The notes under the pieces: model-generated | Databases searched by the model: none | What the model was told of the DNA's origin: nothing | What the model saw: the letters and a program-made list of their open reading frames with translations, nothing else | Made by a program: the position numbers and the translations under genes | Source: Chrysomallon squamiferum | Lineage: Eukaryota > Animalia > Mollusca | Direction of reading: 5' to 3' | Assembly: GCA_012295275.1 (NCBI GenBank) | Contig: CM022677.1 | Location: forward strand, 12,400,001 to 12,464,000 | Length of the DNA: 64,000 nucleotides | In this document: positions 33,150 through 45,710 of the stretch, one piece after another | How the letters are laid out: every line of letters begins with the position of its first letter | Numbering within the stretch: the stretch's first letter is position 1

Positions 33150-33696
33150 GTTTTGTGACGTCAATTATGGGCTGTGAAGACAGAGTTATTGACGTTCCTA
33201 CACAAAATAGCTGAAAATTTCGTAAACGAACGTTCGTAAAGGAAACTCGTATTCTTATAATCTTTTAAAGTCACTTCATCTGCTGAAACTGATAATTTAA
33301 TAAGGTAAGAGTTTCTTCACCATGTAAGAAATATCAGATTCTTGTAGCCCTATTCTTGGAGTATCAAGCGTTCATGCAACAGTGCTAGAACAGTTTTGGA
33401 AAATTCACTAATCGTAACAAGTCAGCCATTTTTTTCTTTTTTCTGTTCCGTATAATTACAATATCAATCCAAGGTTGACTGAGTAGAGATCGGATACATA
33501 ACTGATCAATCCTTATTTCTTACTAGCTACAAATCTTCTAATTGTTTGCAACACAATAGTAATTAATTGACCAAGGAAAAAATATTGTCAGTGCTTGATT
33601 AGACAATAAATAATAATTTTGTTCAGTTCGAGATGAATGTTATTCACTTTGTTAGTAACTACACATTCTTGTCATCTTTAATTTTACTTTCAGACA

Positions 33697-33757
<61 letters not shown>

Positions 33758-35070
33758 GAAAATAAACTAGGCAGTTGCTGTTTTAGTTATTATCAGCTGC
33801 ATTTTACAGTATTTTATTTTCTCCAGAACCTTCATCTATCAACTTCTTTTTTTCAGCTGTTCTGTCTTGGTGTCAGTAGCAGTGATGTGAGTACTTTTCT
33901 TAATTTGTCTTTTGAATGAGAAAGATTTGGGGCAGTTAATTATTTTAATTATAATCTTTCTTTGTTTTTCAGTATTTTTTATTGAAATTCTCTTAACTCC
34001 AGGTTAACATTTGAACTTTTGTATAAAATCGGGACACAAAAAACAGAATATTAAAAATAGTTTTTACACATGCTAGAATTAATACACATTTCTAATTGTA
34101 ACTGAAAAATAAATCAGAATTACATGACAAATAATGTTTTTAAAAATGGAAAAGAAACAATCTTTTAATTGGTAATTATAACAAATGTGTGTAATTAAGT
34201 AAGTTTAATTAATGTGTTTCACATACAAGTGTTTCAGAGTACTACTGGTGATGTAGATGAGAACATTCTTCATGAAGCCTGTCTCCATTACCAGATTGGC
34301 AGCCATGTTCCATTTTGATTCAGAAAAAAGGTAGGTGATAAAAATATATTTAAAAAATAATAATAATAATAATAATATTAATAATAATAATAATAATAAT
34401 GACTGTTAAGCAATCACTAACTGAAACAAAACAAAAAATAATGAAACGAAAGAAATAGAAAACTATAGAACTTGAATAAAGAAAAATAACAAAGAAAAAA
34501 ATAAAACATTTTCAAAAATACGTTATAAAATATGCACAAGATGAACATGTGGTTGCAATGATGGCTTGGATTTCATGTGATGTCTTTCTCTACTTCCATT
34601 TGAAAAAAGAAAATTAAGTGATGCATAAAACATTCTTATAGCATTGTTGTCTTTCTTATTTTCTTTGTATAGTTATTAAATGTAGCAGTTGTTTAAAAAT
34701 TAAATTACATTCATTTTTACTGAGGGGAATGAGAGAGAACTACATTTGGATGTTTAGTGTAATTTTGTATATTGAAACTGTAATATGGATATTTAATATC
34801 ATACACTGCCTTTTTTTCTTTCAGAGCCAGTTCTGGATGACAAGAAAAACATCTCTTTGATGACAGGTGCCAACAAAAGGGAACAAAGTCTGTACTAGTA
34901 GTAACAGGTTGTTGTTGTTGATGATGATGCTGTTTTGTTCTGGTTATGGAAATATTTGAAACTGTCAGTGACTATGCTTTATATAACTTTATATTTTCAT
35001 GATTTGTGTTTTGTACAGTAGGTGCAAAGAGAATATGCAAGGCTGAATATGTAACTGTTGTGTTGCAGGT
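33150..35070 (+). other. Putative multi-exon transcript (lncRNA or decayed gene)
   Basis: Perfect CRE palindrome TGACGTCA at 33156-33163 after a poly-T. Donor AAG|GTAAGA at ~33304; candidate exons ~34238-34330 (ttcag...AAG|gtaggt), ~34824-34907 and ~35018-35068. No long open frame. Confidence 0.3.
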
Positions 35071-35559
35071 ACCAAAATTAAAATATCAAAACACTTACAG
35101 ACATCTTAATCTCTTTCTCTTTATTTTCTGCGAAAGTTAAGTATTTTCAAAATGTTCACACTAGCTAATTCATCTCTGAAAGTAGTGTTTTATATAAGTG
35201 TTCCTTTTTATATTTCTAAATCTTCAGCCAGTTAGTACTGACAATCAGTTAGTAAATTAGTTCAAAAAAAATCCACAATTTGAAAAGCTTACAGCATTGT
35301 TAAATATGACATTCTAATTTCATTTTTATTTTTAAAATTCTTCATAAAATGTTTCTAACGCATTCTATAAACCGTTCAATGTCACTTCATCTGCTGAAGT
35401 GGTAATTTAATAAGGTAAGAGTTTCATCATGTATATTGGATAGAGGATCCTTGTCTCATTAATCTTCGAGTATCTGCAATTTCAAATATTTTTATTAAAT
35501 GGTCAAATGATAAAATTACAAAAGTATGAAATGTAATCATTTATAATGATTATTGAATC

Positions 35560-37215
35560 CACTGGACATTTTTCATTGCTTGCACCCATTGTCTGCCCAG
35601 TTCTGATATTTTTGAATCACATAAGGGCAGGAAGTGTGCAACCTGTGAATATCTATTGTTGATGGTTGTTAGATGAAAAGACAATATTTTTATAGCCAAA
35701 TACTATCATAAGTGCCATACAGTTTTCAGGTTCATGGTTGTTGGTATTAAAATTATGATTACCATTGTCTGATGAATAATGTAATCCAGTATAAGAATAG
35801 GTGAACAGTTTCCAGAACCCAAGTGCTCTTTGAGAATTCTGAAACTTTTGTTGTAGAATAAGGTTGCTGAATTTGTATGCTTGATGGTAGATGTCTGGAA
35901 TGGTTGTCATGATAACTGTTGTTCTTGGCAAGGCTGTGTAATTTAACTTTCTTGTCTGTGCTGTTCTGCTTGGTTTTGTTTTCTAGTAGTATCCAAAGAA
36001 ATGTGCCGATTTTTTGGTTCCTGGTGTTGCTTGTTCACCACTGAACAGTGGCTTCTACTTCAGTCAGAGGCTTTTGACTTAAAGTATGAGTTTAGGCGTA
36101 ATGTAAATATTATAATTAACTTTCAGTTTGCATTGTATAACTTTAAACAAATATGATTTTATTGAACTGAAAGCAACAAAAATACAGGATAATTATTTAA
36201 TACGCCTTAAAAGAAAAGATTAGAAACAAGGTAGACCTTTAATAAAACAATTTATTTATGTCAACTTAAATCTAACATTGAAATATGACTCTTCTGAAAA
36301 ACTGTACAATTCTAATCAATGATCCCAGAATCATTTCCAGAAGATTCATAAATGCACATTTTGTAAATATCCATTCTTTATTTAATCACTGATCAGATGG
36401 TTCTGCAAACTTCGACATCTCTTAATACAATTACATCATGAACTGGAGAACGTTTTGAGTCTTCTATCAGTATGTTGCTTCTCTCTGTCTCATATATCTG
36501 ATAATTTTAACATGCACTTCTGTATGTAATTCATTATTATTTATTTTTATTTTATTTTGTTACTGTCCACAAACATAGTATTGGTATTTTATTACTATTT
36601 GAGGATGTTATTTTCTCTTTGATGAAATGAGAGCCAGAAAAATCTTGTTTGTCAAAATCGTTAATTGATGTAAATCATTTTTATGTTGTCTTTCATAACA
36701 TTCTTCTCCTTCCACTGATAACTCTAAAGATGTGGTGTTCTATTTTATCCCGGTCATTTCATAAAGTGGACACTGAAATATTTGATAATTATTTTAACAA
36801 TAATTTTAGTCATTTGTTTTTTTCTATGTGATCATATTGAAACCGGTGATATACATATTTATATATCATTAACACATTTTTTTATACTTTTTTATTTTAT
36901 CTCTTACCTGATGTAGTGGCTTTCCTAGGTGAATTTCAGTGCTAGAATTGTTTTCAGTAATTTCTTGTGTGAAGTAGCCCTGTGAAAACATATTTAGTGG
37001 AAAAGGTAATATGATAATAAACAAGGGAATGGGAAAATGTTCATGCAGTTTTTTGTGATGAACACTTTCCCTATATGCACTACCTCATAGAAAATTAAAG
37101 ACTGGCATTCAAAGCAATCATAGCGAAATTTCATATATTTGTTAAAATTGAGACTATAAAACAATACACATTCATTCATCTTTTTTTTAAAGTAATTTTA
37201 TTACTGATTGGCATC
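35560..37215 (-). pseudogene. Putative decayed multi-exon gene
   Basis: Exon ~36979-36908 (tttcacag GYFTQEITENNSSTEIHLGKPLHQ gtaaga). Further exon-like segments ~37215-37085, ~36498-36308 (IYETERSNILIEDSKRSPVHDVIVLRDVEV) and ~36078-35560 (Q-rich, with stops). Confidence 0.35.
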
Positions 37216-37513
37216 TGAAACAGTGAAAAAGAATAAAATCTCGTTTCTCATATATTTTCCAGTTTATAGCATAACATCTCAAATTCAATCTTTTCGAAAT
37301 TTCAGCACATCAATGTTCCCAGTTAATAAAAAAAAACTGAATTAAGACTGTTCCAAGTTTCAGTTTGTAAGTTCCCTATTAATAAGAAAATTGAATTTCA
37401 ACCATTCAGAATTTCAGTTCTTCAATATTCCCTATTAATAAGAAAACAGAATTTGAACCAATTTATCAGTCTTTTTTTATTAGTAAGAAATGTGAATTAC
37501 TACTGTTCCACTC

Positions 37514-37585
37514 ACTCTTCCTCATTTTAATCAAGAAGTTTAGCTAATCCAAAATCGGTAATCTTCACCTGATTCGGGATTTGTG
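37514..37585 (-). pseudogene. EGFR: Orphan EGFR/ErbB tyrosine-kinase gene fragment (subdomain VII, DFG)
   Basis: Translates [22 protein letters not shown], compared with human EGFR [23 protein letters not shown]. The TAA is one substitution from a Tyr codon. No flanking kinase subdomains seen. Confidence 0.75.
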
Positions 37586-37615
37586 CTGTACAAAGATAAA
37601 AACATAAAATAAAAA

Positions 37616-37667
<52 letters not shown>

Positions 37668-38199
37668 GTTATTGGTGTTACTTGTCCAAGGGGTAGATAT
37701 CCAAGGGTTTGGTTGTCTAGGGCAGATATTACCAACTCCATATAAATATTTTACAAATAAATATCTGCATTCTATTACTATCATCACCGTCATCATCATT
37801 GCCTCTTTTACATCATCATCACTGCTGTCTTCTACATTATCATCATCATCATCATCATGGCATCTTTTACATCATGATCATCATCACTGCCATTTTCTAC
37901 ATCAACATCGTCATCATCATCACCTTTATTATTATTACTATGAACATAAGAATAAGAACCTTTTGAAACAGTTAAGTCAAGCCATAGCAGCAGAATAAAA
38001 TATATAATAGAATAGTAAAATATATAGTAGAATATATAGATGAATAAATATTTCTATTTTTGATCAGTAGAATAAAACAGATGGATACCAGCTGAAGGAA
38101 AACTAATACACTTAGAGTGATGTTGTAAGGCTTCAAATATTGCTCATATCCTAGTAGAAGACAAAATTCTATTAGCAAAGAAGTTTTTCCAAAATAGAG

Positions 38200-39330
38200 A
38201 AGTAAATATACGACTGATAACAGACTGACTGTTAATGTGTGCAGCTGGAAAATTTCGCCCGACTTTCCTGACTCTGGGACGTGGCAATTTCCATTTCTTG
38301 TATGCACGAAGATGGTGAATCGTTCAGAGCAAACTGGACAATTTATTCTGCTTCTAGACCACTTCAACAAATAGCTGAAAAAAACCCTCATGTAAACACG
38401 AGTCTTCGTGACATTTATCTAAAAGGTCTTCTGAAATTCTTCTGACTTATCTAATTCAGGCTTTGTGTTGATTCAGCAGTGGTGGTTGATGCTCATGTTG
38501 ATTACCCTGGTATTTCTCCACGTGATGTTTCTCCAGAGAAACATTTTGAAGTTTCAGACTGTTGTGTTGCTTCAGCTGTGTGGGTGATGCTGATGTTGAT
38601 GTTCTTGGTCTTTCTCCACGTGATGTTTCTCCAGAGTCACTTTCGGAAGACTTTCGAACTTTTGGAGTCTTCTCCGGGCATCCATCATCCTCTGCTTTCC
38701 GTTTCCTAGATGTTGATATCTCTGGTCCTCCACATGATGTTTCTCCAGAGTAACTTTCTGAAATTATAGTTTTTGTTGTTTGAACTATTTCTATTTTTAT
38801 TTTATTTTTTATTGCAGTAAACTTGGTTCAACAGTGGTGAGTGATGCTGATGTTGATGTCCATGGTATTTCTCCTTGTGATGTTTCTCCAGAGTCACTTT
38901 CGGAAGACTTTCGAACTTTTGGAGGATTCTCCGAGCATTCATCATCCTCTGCTTTCCGTTTCCTAAATGTTGATGACCATGGTCTTTCTCCACGCGATGT
39001 TTCTCCAGAGAAACATGTTGTAGTTTCAGACTGTTGTATTGATTCAGCAGTGGTGGTTGATGCTGATGTTGATGTTCTTGGTCTTTCTCCACGTGATGTT
39101 TCTCCAGAGTCACATGTTGTAGTTTCAGACTGTTGTATTGATTCAGCAGTGGTGGTTGATGCTGATGTTGATGTCCTTGGTCTTTCCCCACGTGATGTTT
39201 CTCCAGAGTCACTTTTGGAAGACTTTCGAACTTGGAGTCTTCTCCGGGCATCCATCATCCTCTGCTTTCCGTTTCCTAGATGTTGATGTCCGTGGTTCTC
39301 CACACGATGTTTCTCCAGAGTAACTTTCTG
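38200..39330 (-). pseudogene. TOPORS/ICP0-type C3HC4 RING-finger pseudogene with S/T-rich internal repeats and an NLS-like motif
   Basis: Across a frameshift: SEDLLDKCHEDSCLHE(fs)FFSYLLKWSRSRINCPVCSERFTIFVH, compared with TOPORS LDRFDNVSYLDRCLHKFCFRCVQEWSKNKAECPLCKQPFDSIFH. The first CxxC is missing. Upstream repeats SGETSRGERPRTSTSASTTTAESIQQSETT and RKRKAEDD..PKVRK; acceptors at 39327 and 38757. Confidence 0.7.
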
Positions 39331-39395
39331 AAATTATAGTTTTTGTTGTTAGAACTATTTCTATTTTTATTTTATTTTTTATTATAGTAAACTTT
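38465..39395. repeat. Coding-type tandem repeats (~100-115 bp) within a 570-bp duplication
   Basis: GATGTTTCTCCAGAG recurs about 8 times; TAACTTTCTGAAATTATAGTTTTTGTTGTT occurs at 38751 and 39321. Confidence 0.93.
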
Positions 39396-40857
39396 CCTTC
39401 TTTATTTTTTATTCTTTTTTTCACATATACATTCTATCTGTAGTTTCTTATTAAAATATATCACACGTTACTTTTTACTCTACTGCTAGTAACAAAAGGA
39501 TAAGTACTCCTGCGTTATTCGAGTTATCGGCAGAAAATTAGGTTATGCATATTCGTTTATTTTTTTATCCATCTGAAGACACTGTTTGTTCCAGTAAGTC
39601 TATTTTACACGTGTACACTAGTGTGAAATTTATAAATTTATTAAAATGTTATAAAGAAGATTCCCATTGAGCTATTGAGAGTTAGTTCTAGTTCAGAAAT
39701 TTGATTTACGGTGAAACTAGAAAATCGGGGAGCGTCGTGGGTACGACCTCCATTTCCATATTTCTTGTGTTTTATGCATCTTCAGCATCACTTAATGAAG
39801 AATAAATACATAAAATGAAAACTAATTTAACTTGTTTCATATTTTATTATCATTTAGTGGATTTTTAGAAATGCATTTTGTAGTAATTCTTGTAGATATA
39901 TAACATTTGTAGTTTAATTCCCTTTAATATTAATAGCATTAATAAAAAAATGTATTATTAATTAGTTATTTCTGTCATTGTCATTATTGTAATTTTATAA
40001 TTACTTTTTTATTCATTTATTTATAAATTTATTATTAATTTATTGTCATTATTGTAATTTATATATCATTTTTAATATTATTTTATTATTTATTAAACTT
40101 TAAAAAAAATAAAGCATCCAATTTTTATTCAAATAGATATAAACTGATAATTTACACAATTATTATTACTTTTTAATTTACATTAATATTGCTTGATTTG
40201 TTTGTAATAGTTTAATAGAATTTTCTAATTAATTGATATACAAGACATTAGATGTTATATACTAATAAATATACATTATAAACTATGTAGAAATTAATAT
40301 GTTTTTGTTTGTGTGTTTTTGTGTATATTAGTGTAAGTTTGTGCTTGTTTAGTCAGAAACACAAATGCACATACACACATACACAAATGTGCACAAATAT
40401 GCACATGCACACAAACACACACACAGACACACAAGTTTTAAATTTTTAATTCTGTACATATTTAAATAGATTATTACTGTTATAATTTTTTAGTCTTCCA
40501 CGAAATAAATATTTGATAACAACACTTTTTATTCCATTTAAAATTTATTTTAATTTGAAAAATTCAATAATATTTCATTCACTATTATTCCTTATCATTT
40601 CGCTAACTTGAAAATATGTATTTACTTCTATATATATATTCCTTTGTTTCCTTTTGAGTAATATTTAAGAATAAGTATAACTTTTCCAGCAACTATTATT
40701 TATATGTTGAGAATTGAGTTAAAATTCAAAATATTCTTAGACCCAATTTTATACAATTATTGCCTTCACAAAGTATACAAATCATTTCATTTTATTTTGT
40801 AATTTGTCCTGTTTTGTGTGAATGAATACCCCAATTATTTATTTATTCATTTGTTAG

Positions 40858-40892
<35 letters not shown>

Positions 40893-41145
40893 GATATTAT
40901 AAGTAACTGACCATGGATAATAATTTTCATAACATAAGGGAAATAACTCTCTTTGATAAAACCTGAGTTATATTGTTAAACCATATGAAATAAATAAAGA
41001 AAGCAAATACAATTTCCCACCCAAATTAAAAACAAAATCAATAATAATAAACACCCTGAAAACAATTTTATATCTCTTTTTTATTTACCAAGAAACAGTA
41101 ACAGTGAATTAAAAAATCAAATTCAACAGCAAAATTGTAACAAAT

Positions 41146-41456
41146 ATAAAAATGTATTAATTAAAAATAACAAAAATATTGTAAAAAGAAAATATAATTG
41201 AATTACAGCTGTTACTAATTTATGACCTGTTTTAAATTAGTACATCGAATAATTAATTACTTTATTTAACAGGTGCTAGTATTAAACATTGATCTAGACA
41301 TCTGTTTTTTTATTAAAGTTTACTAAATAAATTGATTTAATGCTTTATCTTCTGAGTTTATATTCTATTTTGTGCATACATAAAACAAGTAAAAGACACT
41401 AAAGAAACTAACACATATACGAACATTACAATACTCACACAACAGAAAATACACAG

Positions 41457-41512
<56 letters not shown>

Positions 41513-41940
41513 TACAGGCACACATATCTGCAGAGACATACTGACATACATACTGGCACATACTCACACATACAGTGCAGAACATAAATTTAATACATAA
41601 TAACTGACATTATCAAAAACACTTCTTATAATAATTGGCCTATGAAAACAACAAACATAAAGATAAAACACTGAAAAAAAAAATCTAATAAAAATATGAT
41701 TTCCTTTATAAACTTTGATCTGTGTATTTTATCAGCACATACATATCAGTATGATTGTGAGTGAATTAACAGCATATTTTATAATGTTTGTTTTGTGTTT
41801 TTTACAAATAACAAAAATATGATAAAAAGAAAATATAATTTAACTACAGCTGTTACTAATTTATGACCTGTTTTAAATTAGTACATCAAATAATTAATTA
41901 CTTTATTTAACAGGAGCTAATATTAAAAATTGATCTAGCA
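41146..41940 (+). repeat. ~135-bp direct repeat pair
   Basis: AAATAACAAAAATAT...GCTGTTACTAATTTATGACCTGTTTTAAATTAGTACATC...TTGATCTAG at ~41165-41298 and ~41806-41938. Confidence 0.85.
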
Positions 41941-42584
41941 ATTATACTATTCCTGTGTATCAGCAAATGTGGAATAAAGCATTAACAAATTAACAGTACA
42001 ACTACTGTTCCTACTGCACCTCTATTAAAACTACATAGCTGCTATTATTATTATTACTACTACCTACTACAACTACAGTTATGATAACTCCTTTACCATA
42101 CTACTACATTAGCTTTTATTATCACTATCCTACAAGGTTAGCTGTTATTATTATTATTATTATTATTACTGTTTCTAGTTGGGGTTTTTTGATACAGTAG
42201 TAGCTGTTATAATTACTACTGCTGATGCTGTTGCTACTATTACTGCTATTGATGTTGATGTTTTTGGTGCTAATTACATCTCTGTCACAAATAATAACAG
42301 AACTGTTTACTACTATAAAATACAATAAGTTATTAACAAGTGTTATTTTCCTCCTGTATATGTGTATTGTAACACAAATAAACATAATAAATCTCAAATA
42401 TTTGCAAGCTTCTATTTTAATATTCTGTATTAAAAAATAACTTTTTACTGAAAAATACAAAAATAATTTATTACCTAATGAGTTTCCACTCAAGCTCTTT
42501 AACTTAGACAAGTCTCCCTTTGTGGAATAAGCAAAGACTAAACCATTTAAACATATAAATTGATAACCAAATATTTCTGAACCC

Positions 42585-43024
42585 ATTGCTGACACACACA
42601 CATACACACTATTATCAGACTAGCAGTTATACTATTGTTGACACACACACACAATTATCAGAGTAGCAAATATCATTATTGCTGATACACACACACAGAC
42701 ACATATACTGTTATCAGTCAGGCAGTTATCAGTATTGCTGATACACGCACAATATTATCAGAGTAGCAGTTATGACAATATACACATACTTACTGAAACA
42801 CATATACTATTATCACTATTACTGATACATTCACGCACACAGACACTATTATCAGAGTAGCAATTATCACTATTGCTGATACACTCACTCACATACACAC
42901 ACTTATACCATTATTAGTAGTAGTTCTGTATTGTTGATATACACACATACTATTGTCAGACCAGCAATTGTGACTATTTCTGACACACAAACTATTATCA
43001 GAGTAGGAATTGTCACTATTGCTA

Positions 43025-43060
<36 letters not shown>

Positions 43061-44800
43061 TATTACCAGAGTAGGAATTGTCACTATTGCTAATACACAC
43101 ACACACACACATACACTATTACCAGAGTAGGAATTATCACTATTGCTGATACTCACACATACACACACTTAAACTATTATTAGTAGTTATCTGTATTGCT
43201 GATATACACACATACTATTGTCAGAGTAGCAAATATCATTATTGCTTATACACTCACACAGATTATTATCAGAGTAGCAATAGTCACTATTGCTGATACA
43301 CACACAGACACACACACTTGCTATTATCAGAGTAGTAGTTATCAGTATTGCTGATACACACACACACACACATACCATTATCAGAGTAGCAATTATCACT
43401 ATGTCTGATACACACAGACTCAAACATACACACATACCATTATCAGAGTAGTAGTTAACACAATTGCTAATACACTCACCTACACAGTATTATCAGAGTA
43501 GCAATCATCACTATTACTGATACACTCACAAACAAACATACACATACTATTATGAGAGTAGCAATTATGACAACTGATGATACAGACACACTATTATCAG
43601 AGTAGAAATAATCACTATTGCTGATACAGTTACACACAAATATACTATTATCAGAGTAGCAATTGTCATATATACACACATACACAGAACCACACACAGA
43701 CACACTTACTAATATCAGTTATCACTAGTGCTGATGCACTCACACACTGTTATCAGAGTAACAATTAACACTATTGGAGATACACTCAAAGACACATACA
43801 CAAACAGTTATATAACATACAAACACTATTATCAGAGTAGCAGTTATCTCTATTGCTGATACTCACATACTAAAATCAGAGCAGCAGTTATCACTACTGC
43901 TGATTCACTCACACAGACGCATATACTACTGCCAATAAATAAACATATGCACAAACACACACACATATTATTATCAGTAGCAGTTATCAGTACTGCTGAC
44001 ACACACACACACACACTTATCATTATCAGAGTAGCAATTATCACTAGGACTGATACATACACAATTATCAGAGTTGTAGTTATCTCTATTGCTGACACAC
44101 ACACACACTATTATCAGAGTAGCAATTGTCACTATTGCTGATACACAGACTCAAACATACACACACTATTATCAGATTAGTAGATAACACTAGTGCTGAT
44201 ACACTCACACACACAGTATTATCAGAGTAGCAATTATCACTATTATTGATACACTCACAAACTCACCTCACCCACATACTATTATGAGTAGCAATTATCA
44301 CAATTGATGAAACACTGACACACACACTTATCAGAGTATTGGTGAAATACTCATACAGTCACACACCCACACATGAACACACTATTATCAGAGTAGCAGT
44401 TATCACTATTGGTGAAATACTCACAGTCACACACCCACACACACTATTATCAGAGTAGCAATTATCACTATTCTGATACATTTTATGAGAGTAGAAATAA
44501 ACTCGCACACAGACACACACTACTATCAGAGTAGCAATTATCACTGTTACTGATACACACAAGCATACTACTATCACTAGTGCTGATACACACACACACT
44601 TTTATCACAGTAGAAATGATCACTATTGCTGATACACTGACACACACAAACTATTATCAGAGCACCAGTTATCACTATTGCTGATATACACACATACATA
44701 CTATTATCAGAGTAGCAATATCACTATTGCTGATATACACATATACATACTATTATCAGAGTAGCAAAATCACTATTGGTGATACACCCACACATACTAT
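42585..44800 (+). repeat. Degenerate minisatellite (~45-55 bp) with CA-microsatellite linkers
   Basis: Core ACACTATTATCAGAGTAGCAATTATCACTATTGCTGATACAC repeated dozens of times. A shorter copy at ~46690-46945 has a paralogous flank (42355-42600~46405-46690). Confidence 0.93.
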
Positions 44801-45710
44801 CTCTGTCAATCATCTTTCCATTTCTTCAAATGGTAGCTCTCAAGTTAACTTCCAGTATTCTTTATGAAAACAACTTTAAGCTGGAACCTGCCTGTTGTCT
44901 ATCTGTAAATATCATTGTTCCACATTTTTTCATTTTTTCTGCACTAATTTGTAATGTAGAACTGCACAGAGCTTTTGCAGTGTCATTAGTCATTACAGTG
45001 GAAGTTGTTTTGCTGCCTTCCTGATAAAACCAAGAATCATCCACTGTTAACTATTTGAGAAAAATCAATCAACACTGACGTATATTGTCAACAACTTCTC
45101 TGTCTGGAAACTTGGTCTATATCAGTAGATATCTCAACTGTTTGAAGCAACCCTTATAGTCTTCTCCATATTCTTGTAACTGAAGTTGATTCCAGAATAA
45201 TGTCTTTCCTGTAGATACAATAATACAATTTAAGAGAATAATAAGTATTTTTCCATTGAGTTTCATTGTGTGTAATGCCAGAAAGAAATTATTATAAATA
45301 AACATCATCAGTCTTATTATAATAGGGTTTAATAATAAATAACAAGTAATTTAAATATAAATTTAAATCTCTAAAAAAACAGGATCTCCATTCCTCTTTC
45401 AGCAATAAAAATTAGAATAACTATGCATAGATCAAAGATAAAAATAGTGCAAGCTGCTATGAAGTACAATGTGTACACTGGATGTTCTGAGCACATTGAC
45501 AATGTAGTCTCTTGGAGATCACTGAGTTACAAATTACATTTCAAACAGATTTTCTCTTGAAAGTGTTGAGCTTTCTCTGGACAGGGAAGACTGCGATGTA
45601 ATAGCATGCTTGTGCTCTAGTGAACCTTTTCTGAAAATGGGTCTTACAACATTTTCAACTGAAGTGCTGGCTGAGGCAGCTTGAATCTGTTGTCTAGGAT
45701 CCTCCAACAA
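44800..45710 (-). pseudogene. Putative decayed exons
   Basis: ~45705-45465 LEDPRQQIQAASASTSVENVVRPIFRKGSLEHKHAITSQSSLSRESSTLSRENLFEM*; acceptor TCTACAG at ~45209, whose downstream exon has an inverted paralog at ~5986-6085. Confidence 0.35.

Noticed and set aside
37666-37998. His/Ser-rich ORF
   Set aside because: Product of degenerate (CAT)n repeats.
42903-44595. Cys/Val-rich repetitive ORFs
   Set aside because: They come from the degenerate minisatellite with (CA)n linkers; the frames are short and inconsistent.
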